This document shows, in pieces, positions 61,772 to 64,000 of a DNA stretch of 64,000 nucleotides. Each line of letters starts with the position of its first letter. Position 1 is the first letter of the stretch. Under the pieces are notes generated by a model. That model made no database searches, had not been told where the DNA came from, and saw only the letters and a program-made list of their open reading frames with translations. The translations under genes were made by a program, and so were the position numbers. The DNA is from Lingula anatina (lineage: Eukaryota > Animalia > Brachiopoda): the NCBI GenBank assembly GCA_051362555.1, contig CM120640.1:47284788-47348787 (forward strand), read 5' to 3'.

Positions 61772-64000
61772 TTGCGGTAGCGTGTAATTCTCTCTCTCTT
61801 TCTTTCTAATTTTAAGCGAAAACTTAAATGACGTACTTCTATCTTCCAGGCATTTCCCCAGTAAACCAGGAAACAGTTGATCTGATAAAATTCCCCGACG
61901 TTTCCAAAATAGTTATTTACAATATCACACTGGAGGCTGGTGATATTATATACATACCCGAGGGCTGGTTTCACCAAGCGAGAACCAAAGGAGGGGCTCC
62001 AAATATTGCCATCGCCGTGTTTATCAATTTTTTGTTGTGTATGTGGGAGTGTCCAGACTCAGACGATGCTGAATACGTTGAAAACTGCATTAAACTCAGA
62101 GAACAGAAACCAACAGGTTTGTTTTCAAGGAAATTATACCATACTATATTAAAAATGACCCTTATAATTGGTCAAATTCGATTACACAGTGCAGTAGTGC
62201 TTGGCTGGATTTTTTTTTTTAATATTGACTTTTGATCGTGTCACAATTGGAGATTCATTGTAACATAAAAGCAAATGCAGTTAGTCTGGCAATTTTATTA
62301 AGGTGGAACGGCAAATGTGTACATCCTATATGGGGATTTACTGAATCCCGACAATCTCAATTTCAAAGTCGGCAAGCTCAAAATTACTTTACAACTGTAG
62401 GTCCACAAGCTTTTTCATTAGCAGATGACATATGTCATAAGGTATGATGAGTTGTGTCCTATGAGAACACTTATATTACACTGCCTTTACACAAATATTG
62501 CAGCATGCACCGAGAAATCAAAATGAGCAATATGTGGTATCAATTGTTTTTTTTTTTTTTTCATATTTAGATAAAGGGGAGATTTTCTGTATCACTGTTA
62601 GTGGCGCATGTACTATTTCATTAACAAGTGTGGCATTATATGCTTTTTAACGAGAAACGTGCACCGTTCTAATCCTTCAACATTATTGAGTCGCTTGTTG
62701 TATGACACTTTAGTGAGCATAGTGTAGGTGGAAGTAACATCAACTCTTTTTTTAATAATTATTTAAGACCAAGTTTTTTCTCCAAAGAAATGAATACAAA
62801 CCTTGTCAACTAATCAATACTTTTTTTAATTCATTTTTCTTTGAAAGAACTGGAGTGTAATTTTCGGATGGAAGATTTGACAGTGAGAGAGGTGCTTGAC
62901 AAATACAGTTATCTCGTACCTCCCGGTATGGTGCAGTGGAACAAGAAAGAGGAGCTCACACCTGTACTTCTTAAGAGTGGATATAACAGTATGTTCTATT
63001 ATATCATTTCACATCCTCTTATATATGAGTACATGTACTTAAAAACATACTGCATTTAATCTGTAGCCTACATACATGCGTAAAAATATTAAGTAAGTCC
63101 ATTGCAGAATTTAGTTAATTTTATTTGTATATCTCACTTCACTAGTTTGTTTACGCCAGATTATCGATAAAAGAAGGCGTTATTAGCCTACAAAATGACT
63201 TCAAATAAAAATCCTCGAGCATACGCCCCAATGGTAACAGACAACACAACGCTGCTAATTTGACTAATAACTTTTTATTGTAAAATATTTTAGTGCCTAT
63301 GTTAGGCCTTGGTCTCGGTGGAACGTCGCAAGAGAATGCAGACAGAGCTATACGACACGCACTTAAAATCGGGTACAGGTAGGCTTAAAAGCAAATATAT
63401 ACGTCATATATATGTCAAAGTTTCCATTTATTACAGATATAAACAAAAGATCTGTGCTGTGCTGGAATAGCCAAGTATTTTTCTTGTAGAGCGATTCCAA
63501 AGATTTGAAGCAAGTAAATTAATGGTACATTATACACACACATAATGCAAACAATTATCACACATCATGTTTTATATTTTTATTTACTATATTTTACAGG
63601 TTATTTGACACAGATCCAGAAGGTGAGAGCGAGGCGGTTCTGGGCTCCATTTTAGCTCAAAATCCCTATCGCAAACGCGAAGAGATTTTTGTGATTGTCA
63701 AAGTTCATCCAAAAGATTTGGGTAAATATGCCACTAAGTCGTCAATCGAAAGATCAATGAAAAGACTGAAGACAGACTACATCGATCTGGTTCTCATTAA
63801 AGCGCCATCTTGTGACACGAGAGGGTTCGAGTGTGAAGCAGACGAGAATCGAGGTACGTGGCAAGAGTCGTGGGAAGCATTAGAAGAACTGAACCGGACT
63901 GGAACTGTCCGTTCTATTGGCGTCAGTAATTTCAAAATATCTCAAATAAAAGAACTACTGAAAAAAGCCAAAGCCCCATTGTCCGTTCTTCAAGCCAGGT
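59278..64000 (+). CDS. JmjC + AKR-like fusion protein, paralog 4 (inverted; truncated by the window end)
   Basis: Exons 59278-59708, 60723-60828, 61522-61687, 61850-62116, 62848-62988, 63294-63378 and 63600 to beyond 64000. Motifs HLD, AGDIIYIPEGWFHQ, MPMLGLG, IDLVLIKAP and SIGVSNF. Confidence 0.87.
60280..60329. repeat. (CA)n microsatellite
   Basis: About 25 perfect CA units. Confidence 0.97.
60328..60573. mobile_element. Non-autonomous DNA element (MITE-like) in intron 1 of paralog 4
   Basis: GC-rich island starting CAGAGGCGGATCCAGG plus poly-G and ending CCCCCTTAAATTAGCCACTG (imperfect inverted ends). Similar ends occur at 378-453 and about 16108-16272. Confidence 0.6.
60637..60681. repeat. 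(AG)n microsatellite
   Basis: About 22 perfect AG units. Confidence 0.97.
61728..61768. repeat. (CT)n microsatellite
   Basis: About 20 CT units in intron 3 of paralog 4. Confidence 0.95.

Noticed and set aside
43701-64000. Recent bacterial horizontal transfer or contamination as the source of the fusion genes
   Set aside because: Six conserved spliceosomal introns per gene and contiguity with EIF2S3. An ancient origin cannot be judged without a phylogeny.

Overview
AT-rich, intron-containing animal genomic DNA, probably from an invertebrate (lophotrochozoan-like; the taxon is an inference). Exon models were built by hand and every one keeps its reading frame across splice junctions. The window holds: (1) a 5-exon NHS/NHSL/GUK-holder-family gene (+, 1112-28948, about 2337 aa) with an 18.6-kb first intron carrying Helentron/HINE-like elements and satellite arrays; (2) site-2 protease MBTPS2 (-, 32112-36621); (3) eIF2-gamma EIF2S3 (+, 37015-42669), head-to-head with MBTPS2; (4) four paralogous 7-exon genes (three on -, one on + running off the window end), each encoding signal/anchor + JmjC (cupin_8) dioxygenase + an aldo-keto-reductase (AKR) domain lacking the catalytic Tyr and His. 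Highlights are the JmjC-pseudoAKR fusion cluster, a duplicated and probably mutually exclusive 104-nt exon encoding the HExxH active site of MBTPS2, a U12-type intron in MBTPS2, a frame-preserving 57-nt exon born by intron duplication in one fusion paralog, mosaic (gene-conversion-like) tracts among the paralogs, a non-canonical eIF2-gamma switch I, and paired EPIYA, PP1 and PDZ motifs in the NHS-like protein. Novelty cannot be confirmed without database searches.
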